A program made the translations under genes and the position numbers. DNA of 63,934 bases, the filler included, from Phoronis australis (taxonomy: Eukaryota > Animalia > Phoronida), in assembly GCA_002633005.1 (NCBI GenBank). It is 4 parts of 4 records of this genome, joined end to end, with 100 filler letters (N's around TTAATTAATTAA, not from the genome) between each part and the next. Parts side by side here need not be neighbours in the genome. Positions count along the whole stretch, not along the records: positions 1 to 30,010 come from NMRA01000574.1; positions 30,111 to 59,748 come from NMRA01000135.1; 2 more parts are not named here. One strand, given 5' to 3'. Below the pieces are notes generated by a model. The model had not been told where the DNA came from. It did no database searches and saw only the letters and a program-made list of their open reading frames with translations. Shown one piece after another: positions 11,001 to 36,013 of the stretch (its first letter is position 1; the number at the start of each line of letters is the position of its first letter).

Positions 11001-12896
11001 ACTTTTGATTTTTTTTCATGAAAATGATGAGTCATGTTTTTGATAATCTCATAAGAAAGTGGAACATTTTATATATAATACTTTACAGCATTTTGCACCC
11101 TGTCGCAGTTGATGCCGCTGTACATGTATCTTAGATATGCTTTATATTTTGCCAAGACATAGTTCAAGAGATGGTCCACAGAGATGGTCATTATCAGCTT
11201 AAATGTAGTGTACTGGCAAATTTATGTTTATTTTTGCAGTGTTTTGTTTTGTTTTTTTCAAAACAGAAACTGCATTGCTATTATACGCCTATGGTCATCT
11301 TAGCTTCAATTAGACGGACGTACAACTAATGTTTTGTAGGTGAAACTGTGTCAATGCTCATGTCAACGAACGACTACATGGACAAACTAACCAAAGGGGA
11401 CTTCGTCAAAGTCTATATTCGAGCATTAGTAGAAGAGACTGGACAGCGGTACTTTCATTCAGAGGCCATGCAGCTGCAGAAACCATTACTAATTATCCAC
11501 GTAAGTGCAACACAAGTTTTTATTCCAAATAGCCATTTGTTTTAAGCCGTGTCTAAAATGATTTCTTTGCGTTTTGATAATTTTTTTCGTTCACACGTTT
11601 TTTCCCTTTCCCATAAATACGCTAATGCAATCACTGCATTTTCGTCCGTCACACGAGTACATTGAATACAGCATTTTCAAAAAATTCCTCTCACTAGAGA
11701 GTGTTTGCCAAGAGCTGGGTTTTTTGAGTGTCGCTTTGAGTGGTGGACGAATACGTAGCAGACATGGACAAATGTAGGGCGCACTATCGCAGCAATACAT
11801 ACGTGGCTGTGCAGGGTCCTGATGACCCCTGGTTGTGTGAGAAAGTGTTGGTTTCATGTACTGTAATGCTACAGAGTGCCAGCCACATATTCACTGAAAT
11901 TGAGGCTGGTGACTTAACAAATTATTTAATATGCTCTGCCATTCATCACGAGAGATTGAGCTTTGCCAGTAGAGCATTAAGCTGGGACCTAAGGTGTTCC
12001 ACGTTAGAATCCACCCTGAGGCTCATCTCAGAAAATCTATATTCCCGCCAGTAATGTTTCTTTTAGGTCGAGTGATGGGTACAGAGTAGATTCACTGTTC
12101 TCTCACTCATGCTTGAATCCACTGCTTCTTTAAAACACACTGCTATACATTCTAGGCTCCTGAAAGTGTCAAGCTACAGGAAGACTTTGATCTGTCAATA
12201 AAATTCACCAACTCTCTGGGGCGGAAGTTGACCGACGTTGCGCTGTGCGTGAGTGGAGCTGGTATCGTAAGAGATCTGGAGATACTTTTGTAAGTCTAAT
12301 AGGTCATTCATTTGAGAATCACAAGATTTCGTGGATAATCAAAATCTTCATGTAGGAGGTTTAAGGCTCGCTTGCATTTCCATTTAGCTTACTATATTAC
12401 AAGTCTGATGTTCCTTTGCGATTGTATGTATTTCACTCAAAGCCGCTATAAATCATGTCTTTTCAAACAACAAGTCAACTTGTTTTCATAGGCTAACAAG
12501 TATTTCCTCTTCCTAAGTAGCGTCATAGCGCCCTCTATCTAATATCGGTTGAAGTGTACTGCCTACAATTCACCTGGTTGGTTAATACGAGCTTGGTCAA
12601 AAACAATAACGAACACTCAGATCTTTTTGAGCCTAGATATTATTTCTAATTTATAAACAGATTGAAGATGAGCAAATTTCAAAACATCAGCTTTTAACAG
12701 GAGACGAGAGTTTATTGTGCTTTTAAAATTTCAATTCAACTTCTGCAGGGGCTCAGTTGCTATTGGAGGTACTGTTACCGAGGAAATGACTCTACGAGGG
12801 AAACGCACCGGACAGAGAGAATTGGTCGTCACCTTGGAGTCGAACGAAGTGAATGACATCAGTGGCTCGAAAGAGATTTTTGTAACTGCCAATTAA
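8021..12896 (+). CDS. Transglutaminase (protein-glutamine gamma-glutamyltransferase), 3' half only: end of core domain plus two C-terminal Ig-like barrels
   Basis: Seven phase-compatible exons: 8021-8136 ([39 protein letters not shown]), 8434-8560 (..[27 protein letters not shown]), 9163-9293 (SYDERRVV..), 10279-10438 ([20 protein letters not shown]), 11340-11500, 12156-12289 (..[15 protein letters not shown]), 12749-12896 (..[28 protein letters not shown], stop). CGPAP/F.FAEVN/ISTK/YKYPEGS are hallmark TGase motifs. Confidence 0.92.
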
Positions 12897-13032
12897 TTAA
12901 GTTTGCGTTAGCTATTATTACTGCCTCACTTGTTTTTTGGCTTTACTGTTAAGCTAGTAGTCAGTTAACTGCACGTTTGATAGGGATTTATGGAGTGTGT
13001 CAATTTTGTAATTTTTGAATGCACAACAGTTT

Positions 13033-13038
13033 AATAAA
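13033..13038 (+). promoter_or_regulatory. Candidate polyadenylation signal of the transglutaminase gene
   Basis: AATAAA about 137 nt after the TAA stop, followed by GT/T-rich sequence. Confidence 0.5.
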
Positions 13039-16000
13039 TTTATCTGCACGTTGGTATCTTTTGTTGAACATTCAGAACTTTTCAAAGTGGAGAAGTGAAT
13101 CGACGGTAACAGTACACATTTTTCAGTGTTGCCTCGAGGCTTGCGTGTTTATGTTATCTGACGCATTTAAAGTTGTTGAGCACTGCTAATTTGGGTCAAA
13201 CGACTTCAAAGTAAGAATGAGACTTTATTTGAGCCAAAAGACGTCAACGACATTTTAGCTGCAGGAAACAACTACAACCTTACTTTATTTCAGGACTCAA
13301 TTTTTATGAAGCATCGCTAACTAGAATCAAAACGAGTTTGACAATCCATTTGTAAGGTTTTTGCTAAAAATGATGTGGGTGAGCAGTTTTCTTTTGATAT
13401 TTCAGCAGTGGTGACGCTGTTGTTCCCAGATCGGTGTTATTCATAGATCTTTAAAATTTCTCAAATGATACAACATTCAGTGACAAGAGTTCCAAAACAC
13501 TGCACAGTGCACCAACGGTTTGGTAAGGTCTTTCCGCCCCCCCGAGTGATTTTTTGCAGCAACCGTTAAGTATACCAACCTACCTTTAGTCATCCATACC
13601 TGGCACAATTAGTGCCTGCATTGTTGCATAACACAAACTGGCGGAAAATTCGGACAAAAGTGCCAAACCTAAAACACCTGCCTCAAAGCAGGGGAGGCCC
13701 CAGACTCATAACTCAATAGCATGACCTCATTTACTGTTTGGAGACATCACCACTTTGGCTGTGCCGTCTGTGTCAAACAAGCAACAATTGGGCATACATA
13801 TTATAGAATATATACAGATATACCAACAAATTCCTTCTCACAGAGTCCATTCGCTTAACAATGTAATTACACTAGTTTGTGCCATGCCTTGAAGCTAAGC
13901 TATTTTGAACAGCCAGAAAACCGGTAGAAATTTACTCCTTGACATCAAATTCTTAAAGGGGCGAACCTCACATCTTATTGAGGTAGTGTAATGCAATTTT
14001 ATCTCCTCCATAAGTCAAAAGGGTTAAAACAAACATGGCCATAAGGTCTTTTATAGCTATATCGAAGGTAACTATAAAATCTTTGGCTATATCCTGGTGA
14101 CTTAGGAATTTATAGTTCGTGGGAAAAATCAAGAAGGCAGGTTATTGTTGTTACCCGTAACTTAGTGAACCAGAGATGCAGTGAAACGGGTTGTCACAAA
14201 TTGTTTGGTTTGAGGATATATGACCAAGCCTGTCAATCACATATTATTGTGGCAAAGGAAACCCGTGATCCGTTTGATCACTGACTACATTTAGAGCAAG
14301 ATATTTCCAATAGCGATCTTCCCAGTTCACTAGCAAGACTGAACGATCTTCATCTCAGAGAAAAGCCATTCTGGCCCTTGACGTGAAAAAGAATGACTGA
14401 GAAAAAGGTTACGGGGGCGAAATATTACAATTCAATCAAGAGACGATGGAAATAACTATATATGTTGTTAGGTGGGTGGCCAAGAAGCATGTAACTTTTA
14501 TGAATCTGTGCCTTGAAAGTGCTTGTAGATTAGGAAGAAAATTTCATGCTCAAAAACGTTCAATAGTTGCAAAAGCCTGTGGTGCTATTAATCGATTGTA
14601 GGGCAGGACTCTTTGTCAATGACGAACTTGATATCCAGACACGACCTTTGCAACATTTCACAAATTCTGACATATCTCAGTTTTATTTTGTTCCCACTGA
14701 ATACATTAAGCACACATCCACGACGTTAGATTTTGGACAAATTAATGCATAACAATAACAACCACAAGTAAGACAATGATGTGCAAAACCACTAACGGGA
14801 AATATCCTATTTATAGGGGAATACCATCCTATTTATCCTAGCCACATAACTCGTACAGCAGCAACATTGCCTCATTTGCGCTGAAGCTGTCTGGTAAAAT
14901 TATACAAGAAAGTAAGAGCTATCAGGTCCAAACTTTCCTACAATTGCTGTGCAAATAAACTCGGTGGCACTTCTGGCAACATCGACAACAAAACGTTAGC
15001 AACAGGTGATAAACACAGGAGTTGGTCCGATATTGACCAACCACATAAAGCTGATTAGATGGAAAAAACCTTGCTCAGAGTTCTGTAAAGGTTAAAAACT
15101 AATTTCTAAGCTCTACACAACAACAAAATTCTGAGACAGTTCAATATTCTCTTGGTGCAATCAAATACTCGTACTCATACCAAGGAATACAATTAGTAAG
15201 CATGTAAATTGTTTAGCAAAAATTACCTTATAAGGGCACTTCCTCCCAGATTACTGTCATTGGTCTCAACGTATCCTTGTAATGATACACGCGATTGGTA
15301 TGATATAAACTAATTCTGGACGAGATAACAAATCTTGTTAGCACTTTTTATTTGGTAAAGCCTTGAATTACATTTGAGAAGAAAATTATTTTCAATAGTT
15401 GTGTGGAGAGATTGAACTATGCTTTGTGTAGATGAGTAACCTATAATTTGCATTTTGAGTCCATTAAACTCTGAAGATGAGCCGCAGCTTGGGAATTGTA
15501 TTTCAAGCCCTGAACTTAAAACTCAATTCAAGATTTATTCCTACTTGACTCAAATTAATTCTCCTGAGTAATGAAACGGAAACCAATTAAGTAGACTTGA
15601 AATACATTTCAACTCTCGACTTCAGACAGTATAAAATCTGTGACTATACAATGTTGAGATTGATGACAAACTACGATATGAGGAAGGATCGAGTCTCAAC
15701 ACCATTAGTCATTTCAGCTGACAACTAGGTTATGAAAGCTCTAGCCATATATGCCTATATTTTGGCTGATGTGAAGTTATCTTACATTCAACGTTCTGCA
15801 TTAACCCATCATTTAGCCATACGAAGCTCCCCACATTGTTTAGTATAAGGCGCATGCGTATAATATATGCAATATCTAGCCACCTGCACATGTATGTGAA
15901 ACTGCCTGTACTTGGAATTAAGTGCATGTGCTTATGTGTGGGGTGCATGTGCCTATATGAGGGGACCATAGAATATAACGCAAGAACAAATTTCTGAAAT

Positions 16001-16664
16001 ATATGAAGAGGTGTTACAAGGCAAGTGATGGGTCGAAGCAAATGTATTTTCATTTTCAAAACTAAAAAGCACATGTGCCAAAACGTTGAATCATTAATTT
16101 TTCAGATTTTGAACACTGTAGCCATTTTCAAATCCATACTAAATAACGTCATTACATAACAGAGGAAATAAACATAATCTATCAAAAATTATGGGTTGAA
16201 TTGTATTCAAACAAAATATGTTAAATGAAAAACATTTTTAGAATTAATACTTAATGGACAAAAACGTAGGAAAAACAGTTTACAATAAACACATCTACAA
16301 GGAATAGCTACCGGTAAAACTTAGGTGTGTGAGTTGTACCTGTGGAAGCTTTACTTTGAAAAAATAGTTCTTTTGAATTTTGAATACAAGTGCACAGACC
16401 TGAACATAGCAAAGCAAATCACAGCTGAAAGGATGTACAATATATCTCATTTACCTCTACAGTTCAATCTCGTACACATTCAGAAATATTTATTAGCAAG
16501 TTGCACAAACATCATAATTTTTCAACATCCATAAACACATAATTTTTCAACATCCATAAACACAACTCCTTGAATGCTCTTGTCAATCAACTACACAATT
16601 TCATCTTGAATAGACATTTACAAATCGCATACACTTGTCTAGTCAATGCATTGGTCTTCCCTTT

Positions 16665-29027
<12,363 letters not shown>

Positions 29028-29503
29028 TTTCGTGACATATGAGTCAGTAAAAAGTATTAGACTTTAGAATTTGATATCAAATGAGAAAAGTGACACAACA
29101 TCACTCGACAAAATGATAAATGCATTTTGAACGGGATTTGTTCGCTGTCGCGTGGAAAGTCCCTCGTGCCTGAAATAACCGATGATGCAAATATTTCTCC
29201 TTAGTCACGACAGATGTCGTACTGTGCCACATCTATTGACACAGCGCCACCTATGTAACACTGTGAAAGAGTGTACGTCATGAAAAGCCCAAACTTAGAA
29301 TTTAGCTTGTATTTTGTAAAACACAGTCAAAACAAAACAAATGTGTCAATTTATTGAAAAATCCGTAATTATATGCAATAAACACTAAAGTATAAAGTAG
29401 CTTGATAACTTAAGGAAATATAAAGTTAATGGTAATTGATTCTACTAAATTTAGAAACTTGTAGTGGTTATTTACGTAATTGCTCTTGGAAGAGCTCAGA
29501 AAC

Positions 29504-29570
29504 ATGATGTCCTTGCCCGACATCGATGACTTCAGTTCCGATGAAGATGACGTGGATTATTTTCCGTCAG
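29504..29570 (+). CDS. Putative first coding exon of an unidentified gene divergent from N4BP1 (MMSLPDIDDFSSDEDDVDYFPS)
   Basis: AAC-ATG context, acidic codon-like content, strong donor CAG/GTATGT at 29571. It lies about 480 bp from the N4BP1 ATG, and no downstream exons were recognised before the gap at 30011. Confidence 0.4.
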
Positions 29571-30010
29571 GTATGTAAACTAAACACAGAGAGATAAATG
29601 ACGCTGGGTTCCTAGCGCTTTATGTGAACAACCTCATTGAAAACATCTGTGAAAATCTAAGTTGGGTGCACACATATACTCGGTAGGGAGGACAACGTTT
29701 TTTGAATTTTTTTTACAATACCCATGTGTCATACATTTTTGAAAAGCCCTTGGTGTGAGAAATGAAATGGTGCAAAAATCAGAAAAATTGGATGAGCGGT
29801 TGACGAGAAAATGGCCGTTGAAGTGCGACGTTTATGCGCAAAATATCTGCCTTTTTACATAATTTCGTAAAAAATAAAAGAATACACATGTGCTGCATAT
29901 AAAAAGATTCGACTCATTGAGACAAACATGGTGGTGTGTATTATATAAAATTTGGATCGATTTCTACAGAGATATTGCTGTTTAAGTGTGTTGTTATAGC
30001 ATATAGAACA

Positions 30011-30110
30011 NNNNNNNNNNNNNNNNNNNNNNNNNNNNNNNNNNNNNNNNNNNNTTAATTAATTAANNNNNNNNNNNNNNNNNNNNNNNNNNNNNNNNNN
30101 NNNNNNNNNN
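30011..30110. other. Assembly gap with TTAATTAATTAA linker
   Basis: 44 N + TTAATTAATTAA + 44 N. Confidence 0.97.
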
Positions 30111-32916
30111 TACCCAGATGTGCACAATATGGTTTCACGAAACTTATGTGCCAAGTTCATGTGACGAAATCGAGAAGGGTTTTTAATTATCTTAAGAAAA
30201 ACTCCAGAGACATGTTAAGTGCCAGAAACTTACCAGAATGCATGGAAATTTCACTATTTGGCTACAAAAACAAAAAAATACCTCCCCCCGCTCGGCGCCA
30301 CGCGCCTAGGATTCGACCTTGGCGGGAATCCTAAACCCCCCCCTTGCTGAAAACGTAGATCTGCCACTGACCCCTGCTTAAAAGGCCCAAAGTCAATGTC
30401 TTCCAACATGTACGGGGGCTCAAAGGAGACCCCCATTTGGCGAGGTGGGTAAAAAGGTCCGCCTCAGAGAAACAAAAAGTCCGAGAATACGAGACAAAAG
30501 TCCACTTAAAAGGCGCACACGCACAGTTCACAGACCTGAAGCTGGTACCCCGTTTTTTTAGTCCTCCCGATTTTTTGTTAGCAAAAGATCCACTTCGTAA
30601 GAGATTCGAGCCCCCCCCCCATATTAAAGGCTGGGTGAGCGCATGTGTATACGAGTCAACAGCAAACTGTGCGCACCAAAAAAAACGAGGCCACTAGGTT
30701 CAGGACAGGCCCATGGTTGTGCATCCGCGCCGAATTCCCGTGGGATTTTGTGGACTTTTGTCTCGTTTACTTGGACTTTTTGTTTCACTAAGACCAGTGG
30801 CGGATCTAGGATACCATAAGGGGGGCAACATGTTGCCTCGGGGGCGGTTNCCCCCCCTTCTCCGCTACCGGTCCTAGTCATATATCCTCACTCCTCGCGC
30901 TGTTGCTGTTCTAAATACGCCTATGAAGGCGGACCTTTTTTGCCCAATTCACCAAATTGGGTGGCTCGTTTGAGAGGTCGTGGGTTTGATTGCCCAGCCG
31001 TATTGACAAGCGAATGTTCCGCAGTCTCTCGGTGGATTTTCTCCTCAGGGTTCTCCCTTCCCTGAAAGCAGACTATTATAAGAGATTGATCTCGATCTTA
31101 AATTACGGCCTCATTTCAATTCATTTATGCACGGTTCCTGAATATCTAGTTGTTAATAAATATACACCGAGGTTATTATTACCGTTAAAATATCAAAATG
31201 ACCTTTTTCAAGTTCCATTTACTCTGACGCCCAGGGGCTAAGCAATCTAAAACCACTTAAGCGGGAAAAAGAAGGCGGGTGACAAAAATTGTGAGAGAAA
31301 CAATTCTAATGGAAGAGTTCTGAAGTGTCTGTGACGCCCACTCCGTGCTCACCTAGGGGGCGTCCGCCAACGCAAGACACTCTCGAGTAAAGCGAGTGCG
31401 TAAACACGTGTTTCGCCAGCAACGCATGGCGATATCTCGCTGAGCTTGCATGAGCTCGCTGAGTCGCAAGACACTTGCAATGGCGGATTTAGAGGGAAGC
31501 CATGCCCCTCCTCCCCTAAAATTCTCCCAGATTACATTTGGAAGTTCGGGGGTGCAAATGTCTGACGGGCAAAATCATGGCTAATACAATGCTCTGCCTC
31601 CCCCCCCCCTGACTTGCCTAACACAATGCATCCCTGGATAAAGTGAGTAACGCTGGAACCTCGCTAAGGCAAGACTAGATTACGTGAGATATTGCCGCGT
31701 GTTTCAAATGAGAACACGTCATTTTGGCTATATTTTAACTACTAGGTCCTAGCGTACGGCCTAGCGTCACTGAACTCTATCCCGTATTTGCGAAAGACGA
31801 GAAAGGGGCTGTTTGTTCAACTTCATATATCCCAACTGTTCGGTTTTGGCACCTGAGCTAGGTAGCATAAAACCTTTGTAGATGATAAGTTTGGACATTC
31901 CATGACGTCGTACATTGCTCGAAGTAAATTGCTCGATTTCAAAATAATCTGGGCTACGTCACTGTTGCAATCCACCGCCGTATAACTTTTATGCATCTGG
32001 ACCCTGGAGTAAACCAATCCAGTGTCGACTTAGTTTGACTCAAATGTTCTGCCAAATATATTGCTTGACCTTTTTTTTCTGAAACTTTGGTCATGATGAC
32101 CTTTCACGAATGGAAACAGTTTTGAACACCTGACATTGTTTTAAAAGATACTTTTTACTACGTATTCGCCAATTCAGAGTATTTCGTGAATTTCAACTGC
32201 CTGTGTGTTTACGTTTTACTGATATTTTTGTAAGTTTGTAAAAAAGTTATTCTGTGTTGTACCACCAGAAATGAAGAATAAGAATGCGTAGTAATTACTG
32301 TGTTATCGATTTTTAACTAAAATGGAGCGGAATGAATTTTTTACCTCTGAAAGCTTATTTCGTCCTTCACAGAAAGACGAAGAATGAAATATGCAAAAGA
32401 TAATCAACGCCATCAATTAGAATCTTTTTATTTCTAACACTTCTATGTTGGCTTACACTAATAATTGTATACTTTACGTGCACTCAATTTGAATAACCTT
32501 GCTCGTCGAAAGGTTGCAATTGTTAACCCAGCGTACACGTTTCGGCAAACCCGATTAATGGATACCAATTGACATGCAAAATAGGCAATGTCGAATTTTC
32601 GTTTTAAAAACGGAAATATGATTTCTTTTGATGATAGACGTAAAATATGCTCTGTAAACCTACAAGGAGCCTGTTTGACAACGTTTTGTGAATAAGTGTT
32701 GAGCTAACGGTTGCAGTAGACGGCATTTCTTCAATTCAAAACTGGGTAATTGAAAAGTTCAAAAATTTGTAATGCAAACCACATGATTGTCTAGGCCTTC
32801 ACATGTGCCTATAGATATATGTGCGTTAAACATATGAGCTAATTTTTCAAGAACAAAGTATTGATGAGACATTGACCTAAATGCGCGCATTTTCGGTCAG
32901 GTTGTGTGAAACGCAG

Positions 32917-33371
32917 CCCGGGGGTACTCGAGAATATTTTTGACTAGGAGTGGAGCTTGAAATTTAAGGATAACCCCCATTTAGAGACAGGTCTCAAAAA
33001 AGACACAGGCATCTGTAGGGAGCGTCCATGAAAAGGTCACTCTTTCGTACAGTTTTGTAGGGATGAATTTCGTAAGCCTTACCCTTTCGTAGTAATTCTT
33101 GAGCAGGCAAAGAATACATGCCACTTTGTCCAAATGGGCCTATTTTGATCACATCGAAAACCGTTTTAGATTTTTGTAGTGGTAAAAACGAACGTTTGTA
33201 GAATTTCAAACTACCAATGTCCGGAAATCTTTTTAGTGAATGAAATTGAAAGGTACCCTTTCTTAAGGATTTGCAGAAAAGGCACCTTTCGTGAGGAATT
33301 TGGTCGTGAAAAAGTCACCTATCTGAACTGCTCATCTCGAAGAATATACCGTCTATGGGGGTACCCCCAGG
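32917..33371. mobile_element. MITE-like element with CCCGGGGGTACTC-type termini
   Basis: Left end CCCGGGGGTACTC, right end GGGGTACCCCCAGG; a related left end occurs at about 35478. Confidence 0.45.
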
Positions 33372-33417
33372 ATGATTAGCTCTTGACTGCAGCACGCGAC
33401 AGCTTCCTGTTTCAGTT

Positions 33418-34167
33418 TCAGATCACAGAAAAAGACCTTGGCCGGTTACCCCCTAACCTGCGAAGGTCTACAATACTTTCGGACACTGTTGGGTCACTAC
33501 TCTGTCTGGGATGTAGCAATCGTTGCATGCTTTCGGCACTTGGTGTCGGTGTTGCACGAGATTGATCTGAGGTCCCCGTTGACTGATACGGGTTCGGCCA
33601 AGTCTGTCGAAGACTGCTACTTTGTGCAGACCCCAGGGAACAACTGCGTTCTTTGTGGATGTTTGATAACAGAGACGGGACGCAACTCTGTCGTCGAATC
33701 CGTTTCTTATCGTCAATTCCAGCGCCATTCTCTTCTGGAAAAGGAGAGTGAACGTTTGACAAGGACATTTGGTCTTTGCTTTCTTGTTTCCGAATACTCT
33801 GGACCTTCACTCTTGCCTGATGTATTGTAGAAGTGAGGAAATCATCGTTGACGAATAATGGCGTTGACTGTGGTACTCGCTCTAAACTTTTGCTTTTTGG
33901 TCTTGCCGTTAACGCCCTAGGGAATTCTGGATTAACCATTTTATTTAGAAATTCTTCCTGCTTATAAAATTCCTTCTCATCTTGTAAGCGATTGAAAGTT
34001 TTCTTTAAATTGGCTATTTCGTGGTCGTAGTGCCGTATATGTTTTTTATACTCGCTTTCGTAGCGCGACTGGCGTTTTTGTAATAAATTTTGATGATGGC
34101 CGCCGGAAGTCGTAATTGACATCTGACTCTTCGACAGGTCTCGCATTATCTGCCCTTTCTTATTCAT
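33418..34167 (-). CDS. Uncharacterised 249-aa single-exon ORF; N-terminal predicted coiled coil, Ser/Arg-rich disordered C-terminus
   Basis: 750-nt uninterrupted ORF in AT-rich DNA with protein-like composition. A strong minus-strand donor (CAG/GTAAGC at 34467-34468) upstream suggests a 5'UTR intron. Confidence 0.65.
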   Translation of the reverse strand: MNKKGQIMRDLSKSQMSITTSGGHHQNLLQKRQSRYESEYKKHIRHYDHEIANLKKTFNRLQDEKEFYKQEEFLNKMVNPEFPRALTARPKSKSLERVPQSTPLFVNDDFLTSTIHQARVKVQSIRKQESKDQMSLSNVHSPFPEENGAGIDDKKRIRRQSCVPSLLSNIHKERSCSLGSAQSSSLRQTWPNPYQSTGTSDQSRATPTPSAESMQRLLHPRQSSDPTVSESIVDLRRLGGNRPRSFSVI

Positions 34168-35763
34168 CGTAGTTACCTTTTGTGTTGAGGTAGCAGTTTT
34201 GAGTTACATTTTCCACTCGAACATTGACTTTCTGTGTTAAAATTCCTCAGTTAATTTCTGGTCGGTATAAGCCTAAATCAGTTCTCAACATTGTGGACCT
34301 AATCCTGACTATCTTCGCTGGCGTTCTTGGATGATTGATGTCGGTTCATAAAAAATACTGCTTTTGTTCAGCCTCTTTATTCGGTTATCATCAGCTCGTC
34401 TCGTCTCTAAGTAGGTGTCCAGCGCAATATCTAATAATAAACTATCCTTCTTTATCCTTGGTGCTTACCTGTCAATGGTTTAAATATTAATCTCAATATG
34501 AGTGATCACATGCGGAGATGCATTCATAAAAGTGACATAATTCCCGACCACAAGAAATAATCGCTGTGAAGATGAACGGATTTTCAAATGCTGAAGCGAT
34601 TGTGTGACACACGTATTGACGAATCCACTCGACACAGATACATCCAACACCTTCACATCATATGAACTGATTGGATAGTTGATACGGTTATATTATTGAG
34701 CACTTCTCAACACGATACAACACTAGGTCTGTATACACGTGTTGTCACAATGCCAGATACTCCTAACACTTTCCTCTGCGAATAACAACACTACGCGTGA
34801 CGCAGGAGGAAGGCTAAACGCGTGAGTGATTCTCTCGCTTCGACAAACCTTGTAACCTTCCTCAATATTTCCTTCACAACCAGGTGATTACGTGTCTTTG
34901 TTCTCTCATGTCCGCCATCAATGAAGTAGAAAGTGAAATGATTTCCCACTGGCCTTTCATTGTCGAGAGATTGTCGTACATATAAATCTACACTAACATG
35001 TTAGTGATATACATTGTGTTCGTTATAATCCTGTAAGTGGGGGCTTTTTGCAAGAAGATAATAAGTTTCATTTTGCTCTATTGATTCTCAATAAATGGTA
35101 CAAAGAGATTCATTGGGTGCTGATTTCAATTAAAGGATTTTAATCGCTTACGACTTTGAAAGAACAATATTTGAAACTCAATGGGAGTACACATACGTGA
35201 ATGAATATATTTGTTTCCGTATGGGATTACGAACAACGGTCAGGTATACAGTAGTTTACTGTCAGTACATGTTGACTCGGAAGTCGCGCGGTCACGAAAA
35301 TTGAGAACAGATACAAACCAGATAAACTAACTAAACAGACAAATGGGAGCTTCCCACGGCTGTTGTGCGGTATGAAGTCTAATCATCACCAGGTCAAGGG
35401 AACCAAAGATTTGTTTGCATATCTGATGAACAGGTGTTATGTCGTTCTTTAGATATGTCTTTTGAGTCATTTTACAACCCAGGGGGTACTCAACTATTTT
35501 GAGTACAACCGGAAAATTAGTGTGCCACCATATTTAGGGTAGGTATTAAAAGAGGCATCCGCGAGGTCAGTTTTGTACAGTTCTATTCTGTAATAACGCC
35601 CTTTTGTTTCTATAGCTACTAAAGATATCCCTTTTGTAAGGAATTTCCCAAACGTTTTCGTTCATTATTCAGGAGACCTAAGGAATTGTGGTAGTGTATT
35701 TGAAATGTTGCGGCACCTTCAATATTGAGTCATTCCTTGCGCTCCTAATTATCACCAGCAATT

Positions 35764-36013
35764 CATGGGCGCACCCAGGGCGGGGGTGCTCGGGGCTCGA
35801 ACGAGCTCCGGTTTGGCGAATTGGGCAAAAAGGTCCGCCTCAGTGAAACGAAAAGTCCGAGTAAACGAGACAAAATGTCCACAAAGTCCACAGGAATTCG
35901 TAGGCCTGAACCCAATGGCCCCGTTTTTTTAGTCCTCGTTAATTTTTTTCAGTAAAAGGTCCGCATATCGAAAAATTCGAGCCCCCCAATATTTTAGGCT
36001 GGGTGCGCGCATG
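35764..36013. mobile_element. MITE family with CATGGGCGCACCCAG / CTGGGTGCGCGCATG termini (representative copy)
   Basis: 15-bp TIRs and internal motifs AAAAAGGTCCGC, GAGACAAAAGTCCAC, AATTCGAGCCCC. Further copies or fragments at about 30407-30645, 30690-30790, 41070-41510, 59901-60028 and 61452-61702. Confidence 0.75.

Noticed and set aside
33438-33830. 130-aa + strand ORF
   Set aside because: Antisense shadow of the longer 249-aa ORF.
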